In this document: positions 51,776 to 61,197 of the stretch, one piece after another
Numbering within the stretch: the stretch's first letter is position 1
Layout of the letters: the number at the start of each line of letters is the position of its first letter
DNA from: a virus
Virus record (IMG/VR): IMGVR_UViG_3300028908_000005
Coordinates: 1 to 64,000 of that record
Reading direction: 5' to 3' (one strand)
DNA: 64,000 nt
Notes under the pieces: model-generated
Database searches by the model: none
The model's input: the letters and a program-made list of their open reading frames with translations, nothing else
Told to the model about the DNA's origin: nothing
Position numbers and translations under genes: made by a program

Positions 51776-53746
51776 CTAGTTCGCACTAGCGGTTACGTCG
51801 GTAAATACGCCATTACCGACATTCTTCTTGGCCCGCCGCTTCGGCTTCTGCGGCGACGTAACTGGCACCGTACGTTTACGGCAAAAGTCTTCTACGGTCG
51901 CGATTTCCTGACTGTCGAGCTTCGCCAGGATCGGCAAAGTGTCGACTTCTGCCAGCAAATCGTCGATAGTCGGCCACAGCGATTCGCCCGATGGCGGCTC
52001 GCCAGGCTTTCCGGCGGCTTCCCATTTGCCGAGCTCGCGATCATACGCAGCATGCCGCGCCGAGATCACGATTTCTTCGATTTCCGAGCCGGTGAATCGA
52101 TCCAGCGCTGTTGCCACCGTAGCCAACGCCTTCTCATTATAATGCGACGGATCGACGCCGTAGCGCTGCAACTGGATGCGAAGATGCTGAATCCGTTCTT
52201 CCTTGCTCGGCAGCCCAACGCCGAACACGCGGTCGAATCGCCCAGCACGCAGCATTTCCGGCGGAATGCCGTCGGTTCGATTCATCGTTACGATCACGAA
52301 TGTACGATCGTCCTTACCGCGTTCAGTCAGCCATTTCAAGAAATAGCTGACCAAGCGGCTTGAAACACCACTGTCAGTCGACGCATTCTGGTGCGCGCCA
52401 GCAAACGCTTTGTCGATTTCATCGATCATCAACACGCAGTTCTTCAGCGAACTGACGATGCTGAGCGCTTGCCGCATCCGTCGCTCGGATGCGCCGACCA
52501 AACTGTCGTACATCGACCCGATATCCATCGTAACAAGATCGAGCCCAAGAATCCTCGCCGTGATCTGGCCGATCATCGTCTTACCCGTACCCGGCGTACC
52601 GATCAGCGCGCATCCGCGAGGAGTCGGAATACCGGCTTCCTGCGCATGCCGGCTGTACGCCCGCGACCGCCGCCGAATGAACTTGATGTACTGATCGTAA
52701 CCCGCAACCGTTGAAACGTCGCGGATATTACGATACGGAATGTACTCCAAGCCTTCGATCTTGCGAAAGATCACTGACTTAGCGTCAGCGATCTGCGGCA
52801 GCATAGCTTCGCTGAACTGTCCGGAGAACGCAATCAGCTCGGCTAAAAGCTGAATCGCTTCTTCTACGGTCAGCCCAAGCATCGCATGTGCTAGCTTGTC
52901 ACGGAGCTCGTCGCTGCACTCCACCGGTTCGCCAACCGTCGCTTCGCGAGACTCGACGATGTAATCGACGACTTCTTCGCGAAGTTCCTGTGCGTCCGGC
53001 AGTTCGAAATCGATAACGGTGCAGTAATCTTTGATCGCCGGATGTGGCGTCGGCGAATCGGCCAAGATGACCAACGGCGTCATCCGGCTACGGTTGCTCA
53101 ATTTGCTGTACTTAGCAAGGTTGAGCAGCGATCTCCGCAAACGCCAGTTCGCTTGCGCGTTCAGCAGCAAGTGAATGTCGCGTACGATGATCAAGCCGCG
53201 CGCCACGTTCAGATTCTCCAACGAATCCAGCATCGCCGTCGGATCCTTCAGTTCAGGATCCCACGATGCGCCCGCTTGGCAATCCCACATCAGCAGTTCC
53301 AGCCGAACATCCTTGCCGAACTCCGGCGGCGAATAGTCGTCCACCAGCGATGCCGCAAGTTGCGGTATGTCGTCGCTGATCGGCGTAGTCTCGACGATAA
53401 ACTCCGGCTCGTCGTCGCTCTGTCGAAACTCGTTGATCGAAATAGCCACGAGCCAGCTGCTGCCGACAGGTACTTTATCAGTCGGCCATGTTAACCGCAG
53501 CTTCCCTGCGATCTCTGACGACTCGCCTGCTGCATACGGCAGCTCGTGCGTATCGCCGCTAGTCCCGCGGACAGTCACCACGTCTTCGGCTGTCCGCTCG
53601 ACGCGGTACACTTCGACGTTATTACACACCGAGGCGATGCTACGTTCGCATCGTCCCTCGTCGCCAGCCATCGATATCCAGATGATATCGGTACCGGCGG
53701 TGATTTTCTGCCGCAACTGCGCTTTGAATCGTTCCCCTGGTCTCAT
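51776..53746 (-). CDS. AAA+ ATPase (Ycf46-like)
   Basis: GTPGTGKT, IDEIDK, TMN, PPEMLRAGRFD, FTGSEIE. Confidence 0.9.
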   Translation of the reverse strand: MRPGERFKAQLRQKITAGTDIIWISMAGDEGRCERSIASVCNNVEVYRVERTAEDVVTVRGTSGDTHELPYAAGESSEIAGKLRLTWPTDKVPVGSSWLVAISINEFRQSDDEPEFIVETTPISDDIPQLAASLVDDYSPPEFGKDVRLELLMWDCQAGASWDPELKDPTAMLDSLENLNVARGLIIVRDIHLLLNAQANWRLRRSLLNLAKYSKLSNRSRMTPLVILADSPTPHPAIKDYCTVIDFELPDAQELREEVVDYIVESREATVGEPVECSDELRDKLAHAMLGLTVEEAIQLLAELIAFSGQFSEAMLPQIADAKSVIFRKIEGLEYIPYRNIRDVSTVAGYDQYIKFIRRRSRAYSRHAQEAGIPTPRGCALIGTPGTGKTMIGQITARILGLDLVTMDIGSMYDSLVGASERRMRQALSIVSSLKNCVLMIDEIDKAFAGAHQNASTDSGVSSRLVSYFLKWLTERGKDDRTFVIVTMNRTDGIPPEMLRAGRFDRVFGVGLPSKEERIQHLRIQLQRYGVDPSHYNEKALATVATALDRFTGSEIEEIVISARHAAYDRELGKWEAAGKPGEPPSGESLWPTIDDLLAEVDTLPILAKLDSQEIATVEDFCRKRTVPVTSPQKPKRRAKKNVGNGVFTDVTASAN

Positions 53747-53787
53747 AACGTACTACTCCCTGAAAAAGTGAGAAATTCTGCGATTGC

Positions 53788-54279
53788 CTAGACCGTCAAC
53801 AACCGCACGAAGGTCGCCAAATCAGCATGCACGCTCTGGTGCGTCTTCGGCTTGATCAACTTACCGTGCTCGTCGATGCTGTGGCCCGGTCCGAACTTGG
53901 TCAAATTGTTCCAATCGACCAGCTGCATCGGGTAGCTGTCTGGTATGCCAGCAGCCGACAAAGAACCGGTCGTTACGACCAGCGTGTCGCAACAGCCGTC
54001 AACAAATTCGACCAAATCGAACTCGTGCGTACGTTCGCACGAGAAGTCCGTTATATGGTTTGTAACCGGCGAGTTGAGTTTGCACTCGCCGTGAAACGTG
54101 ACGGTAACGCCAGCGGCGTTCGCCGTCTCCAGCACCTCTTCCAGCATCAGCCTGATACGCAGCTCTGCTGTAGCCGCATCGAGGTCTTTCGGTTTGCTCG
54201 GCACGTTTTGCCCGGCCAAACCCATAAAATCCTCGACAGCTTGCTGATGCCACGACTTCCTTTTGATTTCTTCCAACAT
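53788..54279 (-). CDS. MazG-like / PRA-PH nucleotide pyrophosphohydrolase
   Basis: RIRLMLEEVLE, EFVDGCCD, NNLTK, GKLIKP. Confidence 0.8.
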   Translation of the reverse strand: MLEEIKRKSWHQQAVEDFMGLAGQNVPSKPKDLDAATAELRIRLMLEEVLETANAAGVTVTFHGECKLNSPVTNHITDFSCERTHEFDLVEFVDGCCDTLVVTTGSLSAAGIPDSYPMQLVDWNNLTKFGPGHSIDEHGKLIKPKTHQSVHADLATFVRLLTV

Positions 54280-54291
54280 GGTGTTCTCCAG

Positions 54292-55116
54292 CTACTGAAT
54301 ATGTTTCAGCTCACGCGACAAATCTTTCGCTGTCGTACGCTCAGAATGCACTGGCGTCCAACAGTGTTTGGCGATCGTTTTATCGAGCGGCCGCCGCAGC
54401 GAAGCATCCATTCGTAACGACGTCATCGCCCGCGGTGCCAGATGCAGCGCCGGAATCAGCCGCGACAGCTGCGAATCGCCAAGCAGCCGCACCTGCAGGT
54501 AAGCCGATCCGAACACCAGATACGATGCCGGCGACTCCAGATGCGAAAACCACTGGCGATGCAGCCGCACCGCAGCGTAACCGAACATATCGCTCGAGTT
54601 ATCTACGATGACTTGGTACGTACCGAACGCTGACGTATCGAGAGTAGCCAGCGGTAGGTCGCGATCGCCGGTAATCGTCAGCACGACACGCCACGACGTC
54701 GACGATGCGCTATTGCGGATCACTTTAAGACACCAGCTAGCGTCGGTGTCGCGGGATGCCACATATCGCCGCGGCGGTTCGGTGTGGTAATCCAAAACCC
54801 ACTCCGGCGGCCCTTCAGTAGCTGTGTCATAAATCAAACCGTAACGCCAACCGGCAATACAAGCGCGATCGGTAGCCGCGCAGCGCGCTTTTAGATGGCG
54901 AACGATTCGCCAAAACGTTGGATCACCAGCGTCGATCGTCGCCTTGCGGTTAACACGCCGCGAGAAGTGTGCGCCGCTAAACGGTGTAGTGACAATCGCA
55001 ACTGCCGGCAGCGCCGGATAGTACAGTTGTAGCAGTTTCGCGACAACCTCGTGGATCGGTTCTGTCTTTGACTGTTCGACTAATTCATACTTCGCGTCGA
55101 TATTCGCATCTGCCAT
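54292..55116 (-). CDS. hypothetical protein
   Basis: 274-aa ORF. Confidence 0.65.
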   Translation of the reverse strand: MADANIDAKYELVEQSKTEPIHEVVAKLLQLYYPALPAVAIVTTPFSGAHFSRRVNRKATIDAGDPTFWRIVRHLKARCAATDRACIAGWRYGLIYDTATEGPPEWVLDYHTEPPRRYVASRDTDASWCLKVIRNSASSTSWRVVLTITGDRDLPLATLDTSAFGTYQVIVDNSSDMFGYAAVRLHRQWFSHLESPASYLVFGSAYLQVRLLGDSQLSRLIPALHLAPRAMTSLRMDASLRRPLDKTIAKHCWTPVHSERTTAKDLSRELKHIQ

Positions 55117-55127
55117 CGCATCACCCC

Positions 55128-55862
55128 TTACTGTATGTTTTTCAGCTGTCTTGCGCCGCGACGCTTCGCGTCTTGTTGCATATCTGTCGGCGGCGACACG
55201 AACCTACTTTCGCAGGTCCATACCACGTTGCCGATCGAGCTCGATACGCTGCAGGTGTACATAAGCAACGATGTATCGCCCGAAACTGACGGTCGCAACG
55301 TTTGCAGCAACTGCTCGTATGCTGTCACAGCCGCGTCTGTTGGACTATCGGCAGCCACATCGTTTGTTGTGTACGTGCCGCGAGGGTCGGCGAAAATGTC
55401 GCTGCTTGAAAAGGTGCCGTGTACTGTGAACGTCACATTATACAGTAACGGCAAGCGAGCAGCTGCAGCCGCTTCGTAAACAGCGTGCCCGGAAACGAAA
55501 GGTCGCGCATCCGGCACCGAAAAGCGCTGCGTTACCACGCCGTCTTCGCCGTGTTGCTTTATGTACAGCATGCCGTCTCGCGTCCAAAGCGCGGCCGTTG
55601 CTGTACTTAGCCGCGTTTCCTCCCTGACCATCATCTCTAACGCGCGGTTACAGAGCTCCAGGTACTCCTGGTCCTGCGTTTGCGGCGAGATATGCCGGAT
55701 TTCCACGTCGTTGCTGTTGGCCATACGCTTACCGTCTTTGGCCACCACAAGCGTCGCGTCGAAGTTTTCGGCGCCCTCGAGCACCGTATAATACTGCGAC
55801 CAGAACCACCAATGAGGGGTGCCGTCTAGATATAATTTCAACAACCGTAGGTTGACCGCCAT
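55128..55862 (-). CDS. hypothetical protein
   Basis: 244-aa ORF. Confidence 0.65.
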   Translation of the reverse strand: MAVNLRLLKLYLDGTPHWWFWSQYYTVLEGAENFDATLVVAKDGKRMANSNDVEIRHISPQTQDQEYLELCNRALEMMVREETRLSTATAALWTRDGMLYIKQHGEDGVVTQRFSVPDARPFVSGHAVYEAAAAARLPLLYNVTFTVHGTFSSSDIFADPRGTYTTNDVAADSPTDAAVTAYEQLLQTLRPSVSGDTSLLMYTCSVSSSIGNVVWTCESRFVSPPTDMQQDAKRRGARQLKNIQ

Positions 55863-55863
55863 A

Positions 55864-56202
55864 CTAATCGACCTTTTCTAAACGTTTACGAATTTCGTCG
55901 ACATTCGGATTGTCCAAATAATCGGCAAGACCTTCGGCCAAGTCATCCAAATCGTCGTCTTCCGGGTCGAAGAAGACCGGCGTACCCAGCTGCAACACCC
56001 AAGTGTCGTCAGCTGCCGATTTGATCGTGACAAAACCGACAACGCGCTCGCCGCAGCTAGTGTCGTAACCGAGCGACACTTCGTCAAACCGGATATTTGT
56101 GTTCGGATCGATCGCGCACACTTCGCGTATCTTTTCGACTAACTCTTTGCCGAACTCGTCAATGAACCGTTCGGCTCGACTGATTCTCGCTATCTGACCC
56201 AT
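55864..56202 (-). CDS. hypothetical acidic protein
   Basis: 112 aa; GGAGG RBS. Confidence 0.65.
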   Translation of the reverse strand: MGQIARISRAERFIDEFGKELVEKIREVCAIDPNTNIRFDEVSLGYDTSCGERVVGFVTIKSAADDTWVLQLGTPVFFDPEDDDLDDLAEGLADYLDNPNVDEIRKRLEKVD

Positions 56203-56542
56203 CGCGGTCCTCCACTGGTTCTGTAATCACTACCGCCGTAACGTTTTGCACGCGACCTGCCGGCAGCATTAACGCTTCCCGCAAGTTGACCGCTTCTGCA
56301 TTCTTCACTGCTAATTCCTCCCGCAACGCTTTGGCCCGCTGATGGCACCTGACGAGCGCTGTCGCATCCTTGTCAGGGTTCGGAAACGTCACAAGCGGAT
56401 CAAGCACGAACATCGTTTTATCGTTGCGCTTGATCCTAAACATGCAAACGCAATAGCGGTTACTGAACATGTCGCAAATCCTTTCAACTGTACACGCGAT
56501 AGCGCCGCAACTCGCCCACGCTACCGTGGCTGAATATCGCAA
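56159..56542 (-). CDS. hypothetical protein
   Basis: ORF fills the gap; start uncertain. Confidence 0.5.
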   Translation of the reverse strand: MRYSATVAWASCGAIACTVERICDMFSNRYCVCMFRIKRNDKTMFVLDPLVTFPNPDKDATALVRCHQRAKALREELAVKNAEAVNLREALMLPAGRVQNVTAVVITEPVEDRDGSDSENQSSRTVH

Positions 56543-57125
56543 ACGGAACCTGTTCGAAATATCGCGGCAGCTTTCCGCGGTGTCCTTTGATCTCCACGTT
56601 AAATGTTGTATCTAACGCGTCTTTCCCAAACGCGTCTTGCAACCCGCGAGCAATCTCGCGTAGCTGGCTAACACCTACCGGCACAGCCAACTGTATGTTA
56701 TTGTTCGCGACTCTGATCCAGTGTTTCTCTCGGATGATCCAGTCGCGGATATCGTCTGCCGCACCGTCGGCATCGTTGTCGATCAGCATGCTAAACTGCT
56801 TCTCCGGCCATGCGATAATATTTCGCAGCGTCGCGTAACAGTCGACAAGGCTCGCCGGCGACGTGTCATAGATCACGCCGCGAAGCGCCACCGGATCGCC
56901 GGTATCGGCGACTAACCAAGTCGCAACCTCCCTGGCGATCGCTTTGAGCCACTCGCAGTTCACCTCCGGCTCTCGCCACCGCGCAGTCTGCAGATCCGTA
57001 AGAAATTCTTCGAGAAGATAATTCCAAGCCTGCGACGCATGATTGTCGTCGCCACTGTCACCGGCTGGTATAAGCAGGCCATTGGCGAGCCAAAACTCGC
57101 CACAGAGCGTGTTGTTAGTTGTCAT
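56484..57125 (-). CDS. hypothetical protein
   Basis: 213-aa ORF. Confidence 0.65.
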   Translation of the reverse strand: MTTNNTLCGEFWLANGLLIPAGDSGDDNHASQAWNYLLEEFLTDLQTARWREPEVNCEWLKAIAREVATWLVADTGDPVALRGVIYDTSPASLVDCYATLRNIIAWPEKQFSMLIDNDADGAADDIRDWIIREKHWIRVANNNIQLAVPVGVSQLREIARGLQDAFGKDALDTTFNVEIKGHRGKLPRYFEQVPFAIFSHGSVGELRRYRVYS

Positions 57126-57146
57126 GCGTGTCTGCCGTAGAAAGCG

Positions 57147-57803
57147 TCAAGCCACGTCGGCGCCGATGATACGATCGTACATCGATGTAACGATCTCTTC
57201 GGCACTGCGGCGGCCGCCTGAGCGCAAAGAAGCAGGGATGACCGTCCACGGCCATCCCTGCGAAGCCATCGCAAGATACGCCTCGCGTACCCGCTTGAGG
57301 TACGCTTTCGTCCACCCAAGCTTGCGGCCTGGGTGCGTCGCCGTAATACGCTTGAATGCGTGTTCGGCCGGCATATCGAGATAAAAGATGTGCTTTGGCT
57401 TCCTTGCCTTGAAGATCTTATATTCGATAACCGCAATCTGTGCGGCTACCCGTTCGCGGTCCCGATCGCGGTAGTAACCGCTCTGGAACGCGATATTACG
57501 TTCGACATACGAAGCGCAGACGACGACGCGACCGCGATTGATATTCATCGTGATCTCGTCCTGCATCTCGTAATGGTCGCCAACGGAAAGCATCGCAGCC
57601 AGCAGCGGATCAGACTTTTTGAACTTGCCGGCCTGCAGTTTGGCTGCGAGGTTCCCGAAGAATGTCCGATCTTTCGCTGGGAAAGTCAGCAATCTCGCAT
57701 CGCACTCGTAGACACCTTCGCCCGTATTCAGGCGACCGCACAGCAAGCGAGCTTCCAACTCACAGAGGGCCCAATCCAAGCTCTCTACCGTGATCAACAT
57801 CAC
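57147..57803 (-). CDS. thymidylate-kinase-like protein with degenerate P-loop
   Basis: LITVESLD, FP, G..VVCASY..NIAFQ, KP..IFYLDMP..AFKRI, YLKRVREAY. Confidence 0.7.
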   Translation of the reverse strand: MMLITVESLDWALCELEARLLCGRLNTGEGVYECDARLLTFPAKDRTFFGNLAAKLQAGKFKKSDPLLAAMLSVGDHYEMQDEITMNINRGRVVVCASYVERNIAFQSGYYRDRDRERVAAQIAVIEYKIFKARKPKHIFYLDMPAEHAFKRITATHPGRKLGWTKAYLKRVREAYLAMASQGWPWTVIPASLRSGGRRSAEEIVTSMYDRIIGADVA

Positions 57804-57821
57804 GCGCTCCGTCGAGAAATG

Positions 57822-58067
57822 CTAGCTCCGAGATTCTGCTTTACGTCGCTTTCGGCGTCTTAGTGCAGCAATCGCCCGCCGCAACTTGCCGTCGACAATA
57901 CGTTGCACACTCTCAGGTAGATTATCGTAGTCCCTGATTTGTGCAAGTACTTCGTCCGACAACTGCGGCAAGTCACGGAACTCGTCGTGGTCCAAAACGA
58001 TCTTGCTTTTGTGCTGCGTCAGCGCTATCGACGTCGGCGCAGCTACCCGGTATCGTTGCCTTCGCAT
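57822..58067 (-). CDS. small basic hypothetical protein
   Basis: 81 aa. Confidence 0.45.
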   Translation of the reverse strand: MRRQRYRVAAPTSIALTQHKSKIVLDHDEFRDLPQLSDEVLAQIRDYDNLPESVQRIVDGKLRRAIAALRRRKRRKAESRS

Positions 58068-58234
58068 CGCGGCGTCTCGTTGTCAAAAAGTTGCAACTCC
58101 CCGCGAACGACGCGTACGCTTTTCGGCGCCGAGATGCCAAGCTTAACGCGGTTCGCGTCAATCCGTACGACATCGACGTAGATGTTTTTGCCGATACGCA
58201 CGCGCTCTCCCTGCTTTCTTGTTAATACTAACAT
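58043..58234 (-). CDS. csrA: carbon storage regulator CsrA/RsmA
   Basis: MLVLTRKQGERVRIG..VKLGISAPKSVRVVRGEL; GGAGA RBS. Confidence 0.92.
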   Translation of the reverse strand: MLVLTRKQGERVRIGKNIYVDVVRIDANRVKLGISAPKSVRVVRGELQLFDNETPRCEGNDTG

Positions 58235-58248
58235 CAGCTTCTCCAAAA

Positions 58249-59217
58249 TTAGCCGAAAATTTGTTTACCTTCGTCGGGCATCGGACGTTTGTTCTGCGTG
58301 AACAAATTGACAGACGTGTCGATAATCTCGGGCTGCTGCGGCGGTGTATAGGCCGCCGGCAGCAACACTTGAGTTACCGACGTGAAACCGGCTGCATGCT
58401 TGTGCCCGCCGCCGCCATATCGCGTAGCGATCACCGAAACGTCAGCGCCGCCCTTGCTTCGCAGCTCGTAGGCGAAGCCGCCGCTGGCCAGTTCACGCCA
58501 GACGACAGCCATTTTGGCGCCGCCTTCAAGCAGCCGCTCGGCAATATCGCTGCTCAACTCTTTGATCGTGCAGTTTACAGCTGGCACTTTCTCGCCGTCA
58601 AACAGCATGTCGCGAGCATCAGCTACAGCTGCATCGACAAGCCGCGTGCGGTAACGCAATATGGCCGTACCTTCGGCGGCCAACGCATCCGGACCTTTTT
58701 CGGCCATCGCGTCCCACGCTTCAATCGTGTACGGATAGCTCCGAATGGCCGCGTTTACTTCACGAGAGTTTTCGAGTTTCCAGCGCCAAAGGTCGCGGTC
58801 TTCCGTGAAGACGACTAGCCACGGCGGCAGATTCTGCAAATGCTCGTCGGGCGAAATCGTCAATTCTGCGATGCTTACGAGGTTATCCTCGTTCACGTCA
58901 GATCGCTTGCACACGTACTCCCACATTAGACGCGCGCCCGACCGTTCGATATCGAACACGCAGAATGGGAGCCCGCTCAGCTTCGCTTCAGCCGATTCGT
59001 GATGATCCAATACGATCAACGAATTTGCGGCAGCGTGCATTGTTGTCAGCGTTTCGCGATCGTATGAGAAGTCGGCGATTATTACGTCTTCGCCAGCAAC
59101 GTTCGGCGCCGGCTCGCCGTGTTTTGCTGGGTACAGCTTAGCTTCTGGCCACGCCTTCTTGGCGATCCAAGCAGCACAGAAACCGTCTGAACAGTTTGCA
59201 TGGTAGATAATCAGCAT
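58249..59217 (-). CDS. DHH/DHHA1 phosphoesterase
   Basis: YHANCSDG, ADFS, LDHH, EDRDLW, LRS, GGGGHKHAAG; start MLIIYH. Confidence 0.9.
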   Translation of the reverse strand: MLIIYHANCSDGFCAAWIAKKAWPEAKLYPAKHGEPAPNVAGEDVIIADFSYDRETLTTMHAAANSLIVLDHHESAEAKLSGLPFCVFDIERSGARLMWEYVCKRSDVNEDNLVSIAELTISPDEHLQNLPPWLVVFTEDRDLWRWKLENSREVNAAIRSYPYTIEAWDAMAEKGPDALAAEGTAILRYRTRLVDAAVADARDMLFDGEKVPAVNCTIKELSSDIAERLLEGGAKMAVVWRELASGGFAYELRSKGGADVSVIATRYGGGGHKHAAGFTSVTQVLLPAAYTPPQQPEIIDTSVNLFTQNKRPMPDEGKQIFG

Positions 59218-59227
59218 TGTCTTCCCT

Positions 59228-59437
59228 CTATTTAGTTTTCGCTTTCGTTTGACGCAGTTGCGTAATCGCAGCTTGCAAACACTCTTCGCAAATCGACTCA
59301 AAACCGTAAGCTTCGTTGTCGAGAAAAACGAAGCACCACCGCCGCTCCCTGCAAAAGATGCATGTCGCCGGGAGGAATCGTATGTCGCGGAAATTGTCTT
59401 TGTATAACCGCGATACGTCAATCTCGTCTGTTGTCAT
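59228..59437 (-). CDS. small zinc-finger protein
   Basis: CIFC..ICEEC. Confidence 0.55.
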   Translation of the reverse strand: MTTDEIDVSRLYKDNFRDIRFLPATCIFCRERRWCFVFLDNEAYGFESICEECLQAAITQLRQTKAKTK

Positions 59438-59642
59438 GGTTACCGCCTATAGGCACTCCGCAAATTCGGCATTTCGGCATTTGCTGCAGCTGCCGCTTTG
59501 CTTCGGCAGTCGTCGTCTCCCAGTCGAGCAAGATTTGCCGCAAAGCGAACAGTATCGTTACTGCTACGCCGAACAGGAATCCGACAACCAATCCAGCGAT
59601 CATACCCACCGTAACCCAAATCCCGATATTGCTTTGCATCAC
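59418..59642 (-). CDS. small membrane protein
   Basis: TM helix plus CRIC. Confidence 0.5.
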   Translation of the reverse strand: MMQSNIGIWVTVGMIAGLVVGFLFGVAVTILFALRQILLDWETTTAEAKRQLQQMPKCRICGVPIGGNHDNRRD

Positions 59643-60148
59643 TTCCAGCTCGCTTCCAAATTTGCGGCAAATTCTTGTGCTTGTTCGTACTGTACGAAAC
59701 GTTTAAGAATCTTACCTTCATCATTTAATACTGCCCAATGCTGATCGGCTTCAATCCACGCTACACAGCAGCCGTAGTCCAAGCCGTACAGCTCGCTCAA
59801 CGCGCGGCAGCCGTCTTCGTCGATGCGCCACCGCTGACCGTCGGCGCTTCCGTGAGCCACTATCACACCATCGCAACGAACTAACATTTCGTCGCCACGC
59901 TGCGCAATCTGCCCACGTATTTCTTCCGGCATGCCTGGCGGCGGTTCTTGCGACCAGCTCCACCACGCCAGCACGACGCGGTCTGTCCGCTCGAGCCACC
60001 AAGCGCCGTTGCTGTAACACAACGCAATCGCCAATGGTAATTTGGGTTGCCCCGCATCCGGCAAAGAATGCAGCAACCATTTCGCGGCTTTTGCTATTCC
60101 GCGACTCAGCTTATCTAGCGCTTTCATCGTCGCTCCCTCCGAATCCAA
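59639..60148 (-). CDS. hypothetical protein
   Basis: ORF; likely start MKALD with GGAGG RBS. Confidence 0.6.
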   Translation of the reverse strand: MDSEGATMKALDKLSRGIAKAAKWLLHSLPDAGQPKLPLAIALCYSNGAWWLERTDRVVLAWWSWSQEPPPGMPEEIRGQIAQRGDEMLVRCDGVIVAHGSADGQRWRIDEDGCRALSELYGLDYGCCVAWIEADQHWAVLNDEGKILKRFVQYEQAQEFAANLEASWK

Positions 60149-60171
60149 TCCGGTTAAATTAACGACAAATT

Positions 60172-60205
60172 AAAAGCAAGGCCGGCTGCATCAGCACAGC
60201 CGGCC
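60172..60205 (-). terminator. intrinsic terminator
   Basis: GGCCGGCTG-N8-CAGCCGGCC followed by TTGCTTTT on the minus strand. Confidence 0.6.
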
Positions 60206-60232
60206 CAAGTTACGATCAGTTTCGTAACGCCG

Positions 60233-60493
60233 CTACTCAGCCGGCGATGCTTTCTCTGATTCGACTGGCGGTTCGGGTTCGGGTTCCGGAGCTGTCTCTG
60301 CTTCCGCCTCTGCTACCGCCTCCGGTTCAGGTGCTGTCTCCGGAGCTGGTTCGGGTTCAGGTGCCGGTTCAGGTGCCGGTTCAGGTTCGGGTACAGTCGG
60401 AGCTTCCGCTATCAGCTCCGCATCCGTACCAGCCGTTGCCTCCGCCTTTGCTGCTTCTTCACGTACTCGTTGTCGCCATTCGATTGAACTCAT
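60233..60493 (-). CDS. acidic Pro/Glu-repeat low-complexity protein
   Basis: PEPEPAPEPAPEPEP repeats; likely start MSSIEW. Confidence 0.6.
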   Translation of the reverse strand: MSSIEWRQRVREEAAKAEATAGTDAELIAEAPTVPEPEPAPEPAPEPEPAPETAPEPEAVAEAEAETAPEPEPEPPVESEKASPAE

Positions 60494-61197
60494 ACTACTG
60501 TCTCCGATTTGAAATAGTTTACGGTAACACACTTTGGTTCTGGCATTTCGGCATCGTTTTTACCGAGCAGATACCGCGATTTCCAAGCGCGGCTATTCGG
60601 ATGCCACGTATGGAAAAACCCTTGCAAACGTTCGCGGACAAGCTCAAGGCCGCCGCGTTTAGCACGCCAATAGACGTAATCATCGTTGCCGCCGTACGTC
60701 AGCCCGGAAGCAACGCTCCAACCGCCGATTACGCGATTATAGTCTGCCGCTAGGAACGCACAGTTGCCGCGACCAGACGACCGCCACCAGCCGTTGCCTC
60801 GCTTCGCTTCCATCGGCTTATACCGATATAGCGAAAAGCATATCGGAAACCAGGATACGCCTGGCTCGACCACTTCTCTCGCTCTGGCTACATACGTCGT
60901 CGGCAGCCGCATATCGGCATCGACGAACAATACGATATCGTCATCAGCGATATCCGTATGCGACACGCCGATATTCAGGCACAGTGGCTTATTGAACGGG
61001 ATGCCGCAAACAGTGATTAGTTTCGTCGGCACCGTTGTCGCCGCTACGGCCGCTTTGACGTCGCCGTCGGTCGACTCGTTATCGATAACGGTAAGGTCGT
61101 AAAGGCCGGCATCCTGCTGTCGCCCGATGTCGCCGACTAGATCGGCTACCTTAGCCGTGCGATTTTTCGTGCTTATGAAAATATGTGCAGTACTCAA
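60490..61197 (-). CDS. glycosyltransferase (GT-A; GT2/GT7-like)
   Basis: IDNESTD, FNKPLCLNIG, FVDAD, YGGNDD, HTWH. Confidence 0.85.
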   Translation of the reverse strand: MSTAHIFISTKNRTAKVADLVGDIGRQQDAGLYDLTVIDNESTDGDVKAAVAATTVPTKLITVCGIPFNKPLCLNIGVSHTDIADDDIVLFVDADMRLPTTYVARAREVVEPGVSWFPICFSLYRYKPMEAKRGNGWWRSSGRGNCAFLAADYNRVIGGWSVASGLTYGGNDDYVYWRAKRGGLELVRERLQGFFHTWHPNSRAWKSRYLLGKNDAEMPEPKCVTVNYFKSETVV

